Shown here one piece after another: positions 53,084 through 63,879 of a stretch of 64,000 bases of DNA. Made by a program: the position numbers and the translations under genes. The notes beneath the pieces are model-generated. The model had not been told where the DNA came from. It did not search any database and saw only the letters and a program-made list of their open reading frames with translations. Every line of letters starts with the position of its first letter. Within the stretch, counting starts at the first letter, position 1. Origin of the DNA: Microcoleus sp. (GTDB taxonomy: Bacteria; Cyanobacteriota; Cyanobacteriia; Cyanobacteriales; Microcoleaceae); contig JAYFMW010000006.1 of assembly GCA_042408215.1 (NCBI GenBank), forward strand, positions 224,001-288,000, given 5' to 3'.

Positions 53084-53333
53084 CCAATGCCCAATGCCCA
53101 ATGCCCAATGCCCAATGCCCAATGCCCAATGCCCAATGCCCAATGCCCAATGCCCAAGGCCCAAGGCCCAAGGCCCAAGGCCCAAGGCCCAAGGCCCAAT
53201 GCCCAATGCCCAAGGCCCAAGGCCCAAGGCCCAATGCCCAATGCCCAATGCCCAATGCCCAATGCCCAATGCCCAATGCCCAATGCCCAATGCCCAATGC
53301 CCAATGCCCAATGCCCAATGCCCAATGCCCAAT
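53084..53333. repeat. About 35 heptamer units (CCAATGC/CCAAGGC) between convergent genes
   Basis: Read directly. Confidence 0.95.
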
Positions 53334-53349
53334 TACTAGCAACTCAGTA

Positions 53350-53838
53350 TCATGCGATATCCGGCGGGAGATTGCTAGAACTAGATTGAGGAGTCGATCG
53401 ATACTGTTGCAAGTAAACATTAATTAAGTTCTGCACTTGCTCGCGACGGACTTCAGTGCCGACTTCCAGATTGCCGGGAGTTTCAAAAAAGACAATACTG
53501 TCAAGACCTTCTAGAGCCAGCATCTGAAATAAAATGTGAGTAACAGGCATGGATACCGGCCTCTTCGCGCGATCGCCCGCAGCAGTCGCAGCCAGGGAAG
53601 CATCTTGAAGAGTAGTCCAAGCATAAATCACCCTTTTCTCTCGCCCCGGTTGCTTGAGATTGCTCAAAACCGCGATCGCCCAACTTTGCTCGAAAGTTTG
53701 CAGAATCGAGTATTCGAGATGTTTGAGCTGTTGCGCGAGCAAAAGCAGAGCCGGGGCGATCGCCTTTAAAATCTGTGGCGTCGAACCATCGGGGGGAGCT
53801 TTGTCGATCAGTGATTGAATCTGTTGGTCTAAATCCAT
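53350..53838 (-). CDS. Conserved cyanobacterial hypothetical protein
   Basis: 162-aa [18 protein letters not shown]...LPPDIA. Confidence 0.75.
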   Translation of the reverse strand: MDLDQQIQSLIDKAPPDGSTPQILKAIAPALLLLAQQLKHLEYSILQTFEQSWAIAVLSNLKQPGREKRVIYAWTTLQDASLAATAAGDRAKRPVSMPVTHILFQMLALEGLDSIVFFETPGNLEVGTEVRREQVQNLINVYLQQYRSTPQSSSSNLPPDIA

Positions 53839-53910
53839 CAGTCAGTTACTTTGAGATGTTAAGATGGAGAATTTGAGCCTAGGCGGTGCGCCCCAAACTC
53901 TAGGAACACT

Positions 53911-54019
53911 TACAGCGGAAACCGCTGTTATGAGGTACACCCACTTATCGTTCAATCCTCGTAGGGACAAGGCTCTTGGAGTGTCCCTACCGTGTTTCAT
54001 AACAGCGGGAACTGCTGTA
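53911..54019. mobile_element. MITE-like inverted-repeat element upstream of hetZ
   Basis: TACAGCGGAAACCGCTGTTATGA...TCATAACAGCGGGAACTGCTGTA. Confidence 0.65.
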
Positions 54020-54234
54020 TATCAAAATATAGTCTAGTTTTGATAAGTAAGCCCACCTAAAAAAACAAAATACCCAGCTCCCCAACTTCTTAAACAAGTC
54101 GGGGAGCTAACAGCTATGGCATTTTACATTTAAGCAGAACGACCTACTTATCTAGCACCGCCCGCTATGAAATGTAAAATCCTCAATCAAAAGTGGCATC
54201 AGTGTGCTACGTTGAATGTTAGCTGTAAACAATC

Positions 54235-55416
54235 ATGCGGGAAATCTGCCAGAGCGTGGAAACCATCTTTCAACTGCTGTTAGACGAACTCAAAAAGTCC
54301 ACTAGCGCGTCTGAGCAGAACTGCCGGGATGTTGCAGGACGACTCGCAGCAGAAGTCAACAGGATATGCACAGAAAGCCAGCGGATTCAAGCCTCTGGAG
54401 ACATAAAAGGTTCGGCCGTGAGCCTGGCCCAGCATCGCTTGCAACAAAGCCTCCACTATTACAGTTTAGGCTCCGGGCCGGGGCGAGTAGAATTGCACAG
54501 TACCCTCAGCGCGATCGTGTACCGCTACATAACTCCTCCCCAGGTGCAATCTAGCTACCAAGCGCGAGTAGAACTGATCAAAGATTTTTTACAAGGATTT
54601 TATCTCGAAGCTTTAAAGGCATTCCGGCGCGAAATGCAACTAGAAGTTACCTACAGCCCTCGCACTCGCTTAGAACTAGCAGAGTACATGGCATTTGTAG
54701 AGCGCTTTGGCAAACGGCGGATTCCTTTGCCGCGGAACCGCAGCCAACAACTAATTATTTTACGGGCCCAAACCTTTTCCCAGCAGCAGCCCAGAGAAAC
54801 CTCCGTAGACATGGAACAAGCCGCAGACGGGGGGGCCACAGATTCCGATCGCACCTGGAACGACAGCTCAGTATACTCCGTGCGAGAGGCGATGGCCGGG
54901 CAGGGTTCGGCTGCAATTCGTCCTCAAGGCGACGAGTCAGAGTCCCTGCGGCAGAACGTGATCGAGGAATTAGTCGCTTATTTGAAAGAGAAGAAGCAAC
55001 AAGACTGCGCCGATTATTTTGTGCTCAGGTTGCAAGACTTGCCGACTAATGAAATAGAGTCGATTCTGGGCATCACTCCCCGCCAAAGAGACTATTTACA
55101 GCAGCGCTTCAAATATCATTTGCTCAGGTTTGCGATGTCGCACCGCTGGGAACTGGTTCACCAGTGGCTGGAAGCAGACTTAGATCGAAATCTGGGTTTG
55201 CTGCCTTCTGAGTGGCAAGCTTTTTGCGAGCAAATTGGCCCAGAGGGACAGCGTTTGTTAAAGTTGAAGCAACAGGGTCTGTCAGATTCAGCGATCGCAC
55301 AAACCCTCAGCAGCACGGTAGCCCAGGTACAGAAACGGTGGTTTAAGTTGCTGGAACTGGCCTGGGAATTGCGTAATCGTTCAGATTCCGGAGAAGGGGC
55401 ATCTAGTGATGAATAA
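54235..55416 (+). CDS. hetZ: HetZ-family regulator
   Basis: RLAAEVNRIC, GRVELHSTLSAIVYRYI, LELAEYMAF, RQRDYLQQRFKYH; position after sds and before patU as recalled for Anabaena. Confidence 0.82.
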   Translation: MREICQSVETIFQLLLDELKKSTSASEQNCRDVAGRLAAEVNRICTESQRIQASGDIKGSAVSLAQHRLQQSLHYYSLGSGPGRVELHSTLSAIVYRYITPPQVQSSYQARVELIKDFLQGFYLEALKAFRREMQLEVTYSPRTRLELAEYMAFVERFGKRRIPLPRNRSQQLIILRAQTFSQQQPRETSVDMEQAADGGATDSDRTWNDSSVYSVREAMAGQGSAAIRPQGDESESLRQNVIEELVAYLKEKKQQDCADYFVLRLQDLPTNEIESILGITPRQRDYLQQRFKYHLLRFAMSHRWELVHQWLEADLDRNLGLLPSEWQAFCEQIGPEGQRLLKLKQQGLSDSAIAQTLSSTVAQVQKRWFKLLELAWELRNRSDSGEGASSDE

Positions 55417-56464
55417 CGAAACCAACAGGGATGCAGAGGCTTTCGAGCGTCATTTTTTGAACTGGATATTGCAGACGCCTGAGAATGCCTTAAGCCGAAA
55501 TGAGGAAAACCTCACCCAGCCGCCTCCCTCAGCAGAGTGGGGCGATACAGAAGATTATGCTGGGGTGGAATACTGGGAATGGGACGAACCAGACCCGATC
55601 GATACAGAAGTGGGGCCGCACAGCAATGCAGTCGCACAACCGATGACATTTGGAGAAATACCGACCGTGCAAGATCGTTTTCAGACTTTATTAAAACAGA
55701 GGCTTAAAGCCGAAATTGAATCAAACCCGCCACTGTTTCCTTGGGAAACACAAATTCAAAGCTACGACCACGATTACCCAGACGATGCAGCCCCACGATG
55801 GGTTCCCCCCCTGCACATCTGGACTCCCCAACTGCAAAATCTCAGATGGGGACGCCTGCCAATTCCGATCGCCCAAGGAGTTTTTGCTCAACTGCTAGAA
55901 CCTTGTCAGGAACTGGTAATGTCGTCGCTGCGGGAAGGCTCGAAGTTAGTTCGGGCTGTAGATAGCCTGTTTCCGGGCCAGTCTCAGGAACTCAACGAAT
56001 TAGCTGGTTTAGTGCTTAGAGGTGCTTTGCGGGGACTTTTAGATTTAGAGGATTTTCCGAATTACGAAGCGGCGACAACCGACCAACAAATGGTGCTGTC
56101 CCTGATGGCCGCGCGGGAAATTATTGATTCTCTAACTTTGAATTGTCCGATAAATCAGCCGCCGGTTTCCCGGGAGTGGCTGACTGGATTGGGTTCCCTA
56201 ACTCTCAAGGCTCAATACCTGTCGAATGGCGACAGAGAACAGCCGATTCCATCTTTAAGAGTAGAGTGCCAATTTCCGGGGGGAGGAAGTTTGGAACTCA
56301 AGGGAGGGGATGCCGAAGCAACTGCACAGCGACCGAATTCAGGTCATTTAAGTGTGGAGTTGTTTGACCCGCAACCTCACAAGACTTATGCGCTAGAAGT
56401 TCGGTTCCAAAACTTCGAGGCCAGACCTTTGATGTTTGCTATTCGTCCTACAATTGCAGGCTAA
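55409..56464 (+). CDS. patU: PatU-family protein (single ORF)
   Basis: GEIPTVQDRFQTLLKQRLKAEIESNPPLFPWE; overlaps the hetZ stop. Confidence 0.75.
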   Translation: MNNETNRDAEAFERHFLNWILQTPENALSRNEENLTQPPPSAEWGDTEDYAGVEYWEWDEPDPIDTEVGPHSNAVAQPMTFGEIPTVQDRFQTLLKQRLKAEIESNPPLFPWETQIQSYDHDYPDDAAPRWVPPLHIWTPQLQNLRWGRLPIPIAQGVFAQLLEPCQELVMSSLREGSKLVRAVDSLFPGQSQELNELAGLVLRGALRGLLDLEDFPNYEAATTDQQMVLSLMAAREIIDSLTLNCPINQPPVSREWLTGLGSLTLKAQYLSNGDREQPIPSLRVECQFPGGGSLELKGGDAEATAQRPNSGHLSVELFDPQPHKTYALEVRFQNFEARPLMFAIRPTIAG

Positions 56465-56658
56465 AATAGGAACAAAAAAGCCAGAATAAATTAAGTAACT
56501 GCGTTTTTTAATTGTGTTGTTACCTCACACAAATATCAACACAATGCCCAGACTAAAGTCGTCGAGAGCAACAAACTTTAGAGATTAGTTAAAAGCCTCA
56601 GATTTATCTGTGGATTCAATCTAAAATCTAAAATCTAAAATCTAAAATTGTTGGATGG

Positions 56659-59031
56659 GTGCAAATGACAACTGATAACCTGCGAAATATACCTGTTTTT
56701 GGTAAGCTGTGGGAGCAGATTGAGGCAATGCCTCCGCCGGTGATCGAGGATTCTTTACTGCTGCGAATCCTAGTTCAGTTGTTGGTAATAGTGGGAATTG
56801 TGGCTACGGATGTTGCTGTTGAAGAGAACCTGAATCTTTGGGCAGTGCCTGTTAGTATTGTGGGGGCAACTTGGAGTTGGTACCGTCGGCGCGATCGCAA
56901 TATAGCAGCTCAATTCTGCATAGCTATTGGAATGCTAGTGGCGCTGTTCGCTTTTTTGAGCCGTTTAGTGGGAGAATTGAATGATACGCGGTTAGTTTTG
57001 GCGCAACTGTTAATTCAACTTCAAGTGCTACACAGTTTCGATTTGCCGCGCCGCAAAGATTTGGGCTACTCGATGGTAATCGGGCTAATTTTGTTGGGGG
57101 TAGCGGCGACTCTCAGCCAAACCTTGACTTTTGGGCCGCTGCTGTTGGTGTTTTTGGCTTTAGCGCTTCCGACTTTGGTTTTGGATTATCGATCGCGCTT
57201 GGGACTCAAGAAGGTAGAAGATAGAAAGCAGAAGGTAGAAGGTAAAGGGAAAAATGAAAGCCTGTCGCTATTTGCGGCTACCTTATCTCCCAAGTATTTT
57301 GGCTTGCTGTTGCTGATAATTGTCGGGTTGGGGCTGACTATTTTTGCGTTTTTGCCGCGCCTCCCTGGCTATCAGTTGCGGACATTTCCGGTGAGTGCTC
57401 CCATTGAATATAAGGGGGATTTTGACTCACGCAGCATTCTGAATCCGGGGTATGTCAGAGGGGGAAATCAAAAAGGGACTGGCCCAGGAAGGGGGAGAAA
57501 CCCAGACAAAGGCCCAGGAGAGGTAGACTCTACTTTTTATTATGGTTTCAACCAGCGCATTAATCAAAATTTGCGGGGCGAGATGAAACCTCAAGTGGTG
57601 ATGCGGGTGCGATCGCAAGCGGCGGGTTTTTGGCGGGTATTGGGGTTTGATAAATACACCGGTCAGGGTTGGGAAATTTCTCGCAACGAACAAGCTCAAA
57701 AGGTGAATAGACCTAGGTGGTCTTATCAATTTTATCTGAATCCGTATCCCAATGCGCCCCGCACTCAAGAGGTGATTCAAAGTTATACTATTGTTGCTCA
57801 GTTGCCGAATTTGATTCCGGCTTTAAACAAGCCGAAGGAACTGTATTTTCCGACGACGGATGTGGCGGTTGATGCGGAGGGGGGTTTGCGATCGCCTGTG
57901 GAATTGGCGGAAGGTTTGACTTATACGGTGATTTCAAATGTGCCTTTTCGCGATCGCTCTTTGTTGGGTAAAACAGGTACGGATTACCCGAAAAATATTC
58001 GCAAGTTTTATTTAGATGTGCCACCAAAAATTGCCGATAAAGTGCGGAAAAAAACTGAGGAAATATTGCTAGCAAGGACGAGAGTATCTACGTCTGATAG
58101 ACCGATAGATTCTCCCTACGAAAAAGCTTTGTATTTGGCTCAATATTTGAAGCAAAACCCGAATTATAAAATTGAAAAAGCCTTGCCTTATTTAGAGGAA
58201 AGTGAGGATTTAGTCGAGGGTTTTCTGTTTGGCTACAAAAACACCCAGGGCGGCAAAAAAGTTATCGGCGGATATCCAGACCATTTTTCGACGGTACTGA
58301 CAATTATGCTCAGGTCGATCGGGATTCCGGCGCGCATGGTTGGCGGTTTCGATACGGGGGAATTCAACCCGTTTACAGGTTTGTATATTGTGAAAAATAC
58401 CGATGCTTTCTTGATGACGGAGGTATATTTTCCTAATAATGGCTGGTTTGCTTTTAATCCGATTCCCGGTTATCCTTTGATTCCGGCTTCGGTGGAAGAT
58501 AACCAGACTTTTAGCGCGCTGGAATCGTTTTGGAAGTGGATAGCGGGTTGGCTACCAACGCCTGTGAGAAGCGGGCTGGATTCGGCGATCGGTTTTGTGA
58601 TTGGCTGGATTAGTTTGATTGTGGGCTGGTTTTTGGCGCAGTTTGCTAAGGGCTGGGTGGGGTTATTTACTGGTTTGATTAGTGCGATCGCATTTGGCTT
58701 CATTGGCTGGTTAATTTGGCAACTGTGGCGCAAGTGGCGCTACCGTCGTTGGCTGGGGAAGTTGCCGCCTGTGGAGGGGGTTTATCAGGAAATGTTGAAG
58801 GATTTGGCGAGTCGGGGATTTGTGAAGCCTCGCGCTCAAACGCCTTTGGAGTATGCTGAGGCGATGCGCGGTAATCATGCAATTGATGAAGCAGAGGTGA
58901 TTGAGGAGGTTTCGCAAGCTTACGTGCGCTGGAAGTACGGCGGGGAAACGGGAAATTTGGGCCAGTTGCGGCTGTTGGTGAGGAATTTGAGGCGATCGCA
59001 CTTAAAGAAGCTCAAAAAGCGCTGGTTTTAG
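56659..59031 (+). CDS. Membrane transglutaminase-like protein (DUF3488-TGase-DUF4129, TgpA-like)
   Basis: Multi-TM N-terminus; FWRVLGFDKYTGQGW; GYPDHFS...MLRSIGIPARMVGGF; QTPLEYA...YVRWKYG. Confidence 0.85.
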   Translation: MQMTTDNLRNIPVFGKLWEQIEAMPPPVIEDSLLLRILVQLLVIVGIVATDVAVEENLNLWAVPVSIVGATWSWYRRRDRNIAAQFCIAIGMLVALFAFLSRLVGELNDTRLVLAQLLIQLQVLHSFDLPRRKDLGYSMVIGLILLGVAATLSQTLTFGPLLLVFLALALPTLVLDYRSRLGLKKVEDRKQKVEGKGKNESLSLFAATLSPKYFGLLLLIIVGLGLTIFAFLPRLPGYQLRTFPVSAPIEYKGDFDSRSILNPGYVRGGNQKGTGPGRGRNPDKGPGEVDSTFYYGFNQRINQNLRGEMKPQVVMRVRSQAAGFWRVLGFDKYTGQGWEISRNEQAQKVNRPRWSYQFYLNPYPNAPRTQEVIQSYTIVAQLPNLIPALNKPKELYFPTTDVAVDAEGGLRSPVELAEGLTYTVISNVPFRDRSLLGKTGTDYPKNIRKFYLDVPPKIADKVRKKTEEILLARTRVSTSDRPIDSPYEKALYLAQYLKQNPNYKIEKALPYLEESEDLVEGFLFGYKNTQGGKKVIGGYPDHFSTVLTIMLRSIGIPARMVGGFDTGEFNPFTGLYIVKNTDAFLMTEVYFPNNGWFAFNPIPGYPLIPASVEDNQTFSALESFWKWIAGWLPTPVRSGLDSAIGFVIGWISLIVGWFLAQFAKGWVGLFTGLISAIAFGFIGWLIWQLWRKWRYRRWLGKLPPVEGVYQEMLKDLASRGFVKPRAQTPLEYAEAMRGNHAIDEAEVIEEVSQAYVRWKYGGETGNLGQLRLLVRNLRRSHLKKLKKRWF

Positions 59032-59042
59032 GCGGTAAGGGT
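58912..59042 (+). repeat. Direct repeat copy 1 (3' end of the transglutaminase gene)
   Basis: Matches 61278..61412 with a few substitutions. Confidence 0.92.
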
Positions 59043-59173
59043 TGCGATATTAGACTTAAGGAAATGCAAGAGCAGATGAAGTCTTAGGGTTAGGCAGTCT
59101 AAATCCGACTATCTTGGCTGAAAGTTCTCTAGCAATCTTGACTATTTCCTCATAAACAGCCGACCAATCACAA

Positions 59174-61241
59174 TCATAATTCAGCCATCAGGTAAACCAA
59201 CCATAACGCTCCTATCGAACCCATATCTGACAGGTATAACGTTTTCCCGAACCAGCGGGGACGTTTACCAGTGGTCTTCACCCCAAGCCACGCCGTGAAC
59301 AACGAGTCCGTGCATGAGCTGACACCAGGCTTAGTCGCAATCCATATGTAACCTTGCTGCCATTCCAGAACCGGAAGGGTATGCAGAATATACATCTACT
59401 AGCATGGGCAAAAACTACCTTTTCATAATTAGTGCTGCCAATTAGAGCAGTATATTTGAATATTAGAAGGCAAAAGAGTGGAGCATTTGATTCAGAATAT
59501 CCTTTTCCGCTGGCAATCATCGACTCCGCCCAAGGGTATCTTCGACTTCGTGGCGCGCCCACCCATCAAAAACTACTCCCAGATTAGGAAACTCCTCCGC
59601 TAGTTTTTTGATGATATTAGCATTTCCCTCCACCTGAGATACCCAAGTTCTACTACTTCTAATTTGGATACACAAAAGAGGAAAATGTTTTTTAGCCCTT
59701 TCCACTTCTTCTAAAAACTCTGGATTCTCAGAACACTTTTTCATGGAAAATTGAGTCACGCGATCGGCTAACTCTTGACTAAGAAATAAGTCATTTACTT
59801 GAACAGCAAAATAGTTATTATCTAAAATCGTTTGAAATAGCTCGTCAGTATTAGCTAATTTACTAATTTTAGGGCTGGGTATTTCAGGGAAACAACCGCC
59901 GACATTAAAAAACTGTTTATCACCAACTAAAAATATTTCTATTTTCTCTAAAAGATTGTTGTGCTGAAGATAGAGAATACCTGATAATTCATTCCAGTAG
60001 TAGTGTCCAAAATTTCTACCAAATCCTATATCAAATACAAGTTTTTTAGGAAGTTCGGTTTGTATATAAAATTTTACTTTTTGATAACTACTGACTAGAG
60101 AAATTTTTAACCTATTGATAATTATCTTAATTTCATCGGAAAGTAACCAGGGAGGAGAAAATTTTATAATTAGTTCTTTTCCGGGTAGAAAAATACACAT
60201 CTTACCCCGACAAGTATTACCAATTACTAAGTAAAATATTTCCTTTCCAACCAAGCGGTAAATGTGCATTGATACCCCATTTTCATAATAAACATAAAAT
60301 GATTGATTCGACTTGACAATTTTACCACTAAAAGGGCATACAGAGTAAAGATAACCTGTTTCTACCATCGCCTTACTACAAGCATGGTTTTTATAAGGTT
60401 CCCAAACTTTCGATACAGTTTCTACAAATTTTAGAGAAAGTTTTACTTTGGGTGTGGGATGAAAACTATTAATATAAATTTGTTCTAAGTTAAGATCGTC
60501 TTTTTTTATTAGTTGTAAATTAGCCAAGGATATGCCATACTCATTGAGCAAATTTTGATCTACTTCAGTTAAATTATTTAGATCGATAATTGTATAGTTG
60601 CTGTTTTTTTCAAAATAGGCTTCTGCCTCAGCTTTTGTGGGAATTGGCTCAGAGATATCATCAATTTTTCCTAATTGATTTAAGTTTTTCCACAAAATTT
60701 CAGAAATTTCTACTGTTTCAGGGAATTTCTCTCGATCGCGCTTATTATTAAGTTCCTGGTTATGACTAAATTGCGGGGCTTTCTGGAAAAGCGCGATCGC
60801 GTCATCCATTAAATCTCTTTCTGCCAAATACAGACTAAAATCATAATAAACCATTGCCTGATGAGGATCGCGCTTTAACACAGAATCAAAACAAGCAATA
60901 ACTCGATCAAGTCCCCCTTGCTTAACTAAAACCACACCCAAATTAGGATTTAACTCAATGGCCCGATAATAGGCTAAATTAGCTCGATCGAGCTGTCCAT
61001 TTTGTGATAATACTTGGGCCATACTATAATAGGAACTGGCACCACCGGGATTAAGATCGATCGCCTGTTGGAAGGACGCGATCGCCTCATCCCATCGGGA
61101 AAGCTTGGTCAAAGTTTCGCCTAAATTATGGTGAGAGCAATGGAATAAGGGGTTTTGTTTGATCGCGATTTGGTAAAATTCGATCGCGTCTGCGAATTTT
61201 CCTTGTTGCTTCAGTTGGTTAGCAGTTTCAAAATAAGTCAT
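59174..61241 (-). pseudogene. TPR-repeat protein, AT-rich, with frameshifted C-terminus (main ORF 59517..61241)
   Basis: N-terminal TPRs (HNLGETL..WDEAIASFQQAIDLNP); NFGHYYWNEL; coding appears to continue in other frames (STNYEKVVFAHA; WIATKPGV). Confidence 0.7.
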
Positions 61242-61277
61242 TACTATAGGAACCAATCTTGCAGGCATAATATTTTC

Positions 61278-61412
61278 TCGCAAGCTTACGTGCGCTGGAA
61301 GTACGGCGGGGAAACGGGAAATTTGAACCAGTTGCGGCTGTTGGTGAGGAATTTGAGGCGATCGCAGTTAAAGCAATTGAAAAAGCGCTGGTTTTAGGCG
61401 ATCGGTAAGGGT
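61278..61412 (+). repeat. Direct repeat copy 2 (orphan duplicate of the transglutaminase 3' end)
   Basis: Encodes SQAYVRWKYGGETGNLNQLRLLVRNLRRSQLKQLKKRWF*. Confidence 0.92.
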
Positions 61413-61449
61413 AGTAAAAAAATTGTAGCACTTTTTTTGACGCCTCAAA

Positions 61450-61591
61450 TATAGCATTTCTCTGTCTGCTGAGGTACAGGAGCTTGATCCCCCCAACCCC
61501 CCTTAATAAGGGGGGCTTTTCCGGTTCCCCCCTTATTAAGGGGGGTTAGGGGGGATCGTTTTTGTAATTCATATAATTGAGAAACGCTATA
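61450..61591. mobile_element. MITE (TATAGC.TTTCTC TIR) carrying the CCCCCTTAATAAGGGGG core
   Basis: tatagcatttctc...gagaaacgctata. Confidence 0.7.
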
Positions 61592-61596
61592 CTTCA

Positions 61597-61740
61597 TATC
61601 AAATCCTCTCTTCATCGGAATAGTAAATTTGAGTTAACAGTTAACTGTTAACTGTCAACCGTCAACCGTTAACAGTTAACTGTTAACTGTTAACCGTCAA
61701 CCGTCAACAATCATCTCCAAGAGTGCAACCGGAATTGATA
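61597..61740. mobile_element. MITE with heptamer array, sibling of 38530..38657
   Basis: tatcaaatcc...ggaattgata. Confidence 0.75.
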
Positions 61741-61747
61741 TCACCTC

Positions 61748-62035
61748 CTAAAACATTCGACTCAGAAAATCTCCACCATCGGACAAATGAGTCAATTCCC
61801 GAAGGAAGGATTGGATCTTTTTGGATGAAACCTGCCGCCCTTGACTCACAATCCTGCCATCAATCACTAAAGCTGGAGTACAGCGCAGTCTGCGTCGTTT
61901 CACTTCTTCAATATCTGCAATGCAGTTAACTTTTGCGGAGAGGCCCAGTTTAGCGATCGCCGTTAAAACATTGTCCTCCAGAAAATGACAATTCTCGTTA
62001 TAAGTGCCAATAATTTCAATGTCAAATGTATGCAT
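61748..62035 (-). CDS. Thioredoxin-like small redox protein (MTH895-type)
   Basis: IEIIGTYNENC...TPALVIDGRIVSQGR. Confidence 0.72.
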   Translation of the reverse strand: MHTFDIEIIGTYNENCHFLEDNVLTAIAKLGLSAKVNCIADIEEVKRRRLRCTPALVIDGRIVSQGRQVSSKKIQSFLRELTHLSDGGDFLSRMF

Positions 62036-62196
62036 TACTAAGTTTCTCCAAATAGACAAGGCGGACGTTGACGAGGGCAATTTAAGGATGACAACAGTTG
62101 CTTAATTGTTGCTCCTAGTTTCATCGGTTAAACGGTTGGTGAAGAGTTCCCTTTGACGATAGAGAAAAAAGGTGAAAGCAAGTATCACTGGCATTT

Positions 62197-63879
62197 TCAG
62201 CGTTTAATCAGTTCTTCAGGCACACTAACTGATGGAGGAGAGAGAGGACAACTGATGGCCGTTGGAGTTAACGCACAAACTGCTGCATCGGTTGTCTCGA
62301 AACAGTTTTCTTTACCAATTTTGTCCAGCAATCCGCTGCGTTCTAACAAGTTTTGAACTTCCGGCTGTAAGCCAGTCAAAAGAAGGCGACAGTCATGTCG
62401 TTTCAAATCGCGATAGATGTCTTCCAAGGCCACGATTCCAGTAGTGTCCATATTGGGTACGAACCGCATCCGCAAAATTAGATACTTCACTTCAGGTTCA
62501 TCCCGCAGGAAGGTAACAAACCGCTCTGCTGCCCCAAAAAATACAGGCCCATCAACCCGATAAACGGCAATTTGTTTGCTCAATTCCAGGGGTACACCGG
62601 GCGGAAAGGCTTCTGTTTCGGGGATTTTCGCCAAATTGAGCTCGCTCATGCGCTTAATGAATAACGCCCCAGCAGCAATTAGCCCGACCTCCACCGCCAG
62701 CACCAAATCAAACAGAATGGTGACCATCCAAGTGAGCATCATGACACCGAAGTCGGAGTAGGTAGCCCGCATCAGTAAGCCGATCGCTTCCCACTCAATC
62801 ATCCGCACACTCGTCACCATCAAAATTCCTGCCAATGCTGCCAGGGGAACTTGAGCGGCTAAAGGTGCTAATGTCAAAACGATGATTGCGAGTGCAACCC
62901 CGTGAATGATTCCAGACAAGCGGGTTTTGCCGCCCGATCGCACATTCACCGCTGTACGGGCGATCGCTCCCGTTGCTGGAATACCGCCAAAGAATGGTAC
63001 CACAATGTTTGCTAAGCCCTGACCAATCAGTTCGCGATCGCTGTTGTGTTTCTCGCTGACAGTCATACCATCGGCAACCACAGCAGATAGGAGCGATTCA
63101 ATACTGCCCAATGCGGCTAAAGCTAATGCGGGATTAATCAATTCTCGGATCACCCTAAAATCATTAGCGTGGGGAATCCCTTGGGGCATAGGCAACGATT
63201 GTGGGATAGAACCAATGGTGGGAACATCGAGGTGAAAGAAGGAGGCGATCGCCGTAGCCAGCACCAACCCTACCAAGGAACCCGGTATAGCAGTCGTAAT
63301 CCTTGTCCAAAATAGCTTGGTCAGAATCACCACAGTTGCCAACCCGACAGCCTCAAGGTTTAATCCCTCCCAATGGGTAAAAGTCTGCCATATTCCCGGT
63401 AAAAAATGTTCACTACGGGGCAACTGCAACCCAAAGAAATTATTCAACTGTCCGCAAAAAATAATCACAGCGATGCCGTTGGTAAAACCTGCTGTGACTG
63501 GATAGGGAATAAACTTGACCAGTCTACCTAGTTTGGCGACGCCCAGGGCAACTTGAATAATTCCTGCCATTACCCCGGCAATCCACACCTTCTCGATACC
63601 ATACTTAGTGACAATACCAATCAGGACAACCGCCATCGCTCCGGTAGGCCCTGTAATCTGCACCGGGGAACCACCAAATACCGCCGCCACGATTCCCGCC
63701 ACAATTGCCGTGTAGAGCCCGGCTTTGGGCTCGACACCACTGGCCACAGCAAACGCCAGGGCGAGAGGAAGAGCCACCACGGCAGCAGTCAGCCCACCAG
63801 TCAAATCACCCCGCCAATGAGCAAAGGTGCGATCGAACCAAAACCGCAGACCACCCATGAAACCGTTTGCTACTGTCAT
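62197..63879 (-). CDS. SulP-family anion transporter with STAS domain
   Basis: GDLTGGLTAAVVALPLALAFA, GPTGAM, IESLLSA, RELIGQG, GAIARTA, DGPVFFGAA, MDTTG. Confidence 0.95.
   Translation of the reverse strand: MTVANGFMGGLRFWFDRTFAHWRGDLTGGLTAAVVALPLALAFAVASGVEPKAGLYTAIVAGIVAAVFGGSPVQITGPTGAMAVVLIGIVTKYGIEKVWIAGVMAGIIQVALGVAKLGRLVKFIPYPVTAGFTNGIAVIIFCGQLNNFFGLQLPRSEHFLPGIWQTFTHWEGLNLEAVGLATVVILTKLFWTRITTAIPGSLVGLVLATAIASFFHLDVPTIGSIPQSLPMPQGIPHANDFRVIRELINPALALAALGSIESLLSAVVADGMTVSEKHNSDRELIGQGLANIVVPFFGGIPATGAIARTAVNVRSGGKTRLSGIIHGVALAIIVLTLAPLAAQVPLAALAGILMVTSVRMIEWEAIGLLMRATYSDFGVMMLTWMVTILFDLVLAVEVGLIAAGALFIKRMSELNLAKIPETEAFPPGVPLELSKQIAVYRVDGPVFFGAAERFVTFLRDEPEVKYLILRMRFVPNMDTTGIVALEDIYRDLKRHDCRLLLTGLQPEVQNLLERSGLLDKIGKENCFETTDAAVCALTPTAISCPLSPPSVSVPEELIKR

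Noticed and set aside
53035..53427. MPNAQCP / GIGHWAL ORFs as RiPP precursors
   Set aside because: Open in all frames because of the 7-bp repeat; no leader peptide or modifying enzymes.
53870..53905. HetR-binding site upstream of hetZ
   Set aside because: GGCGGTGCGCCCC only loosely fits GGG-N5-CCC; insufficient support.
61155..61397. 80-aa ORF as an independent gene
   Set aside because: A chance frame running into the duplicated transglutaminase 3' end.
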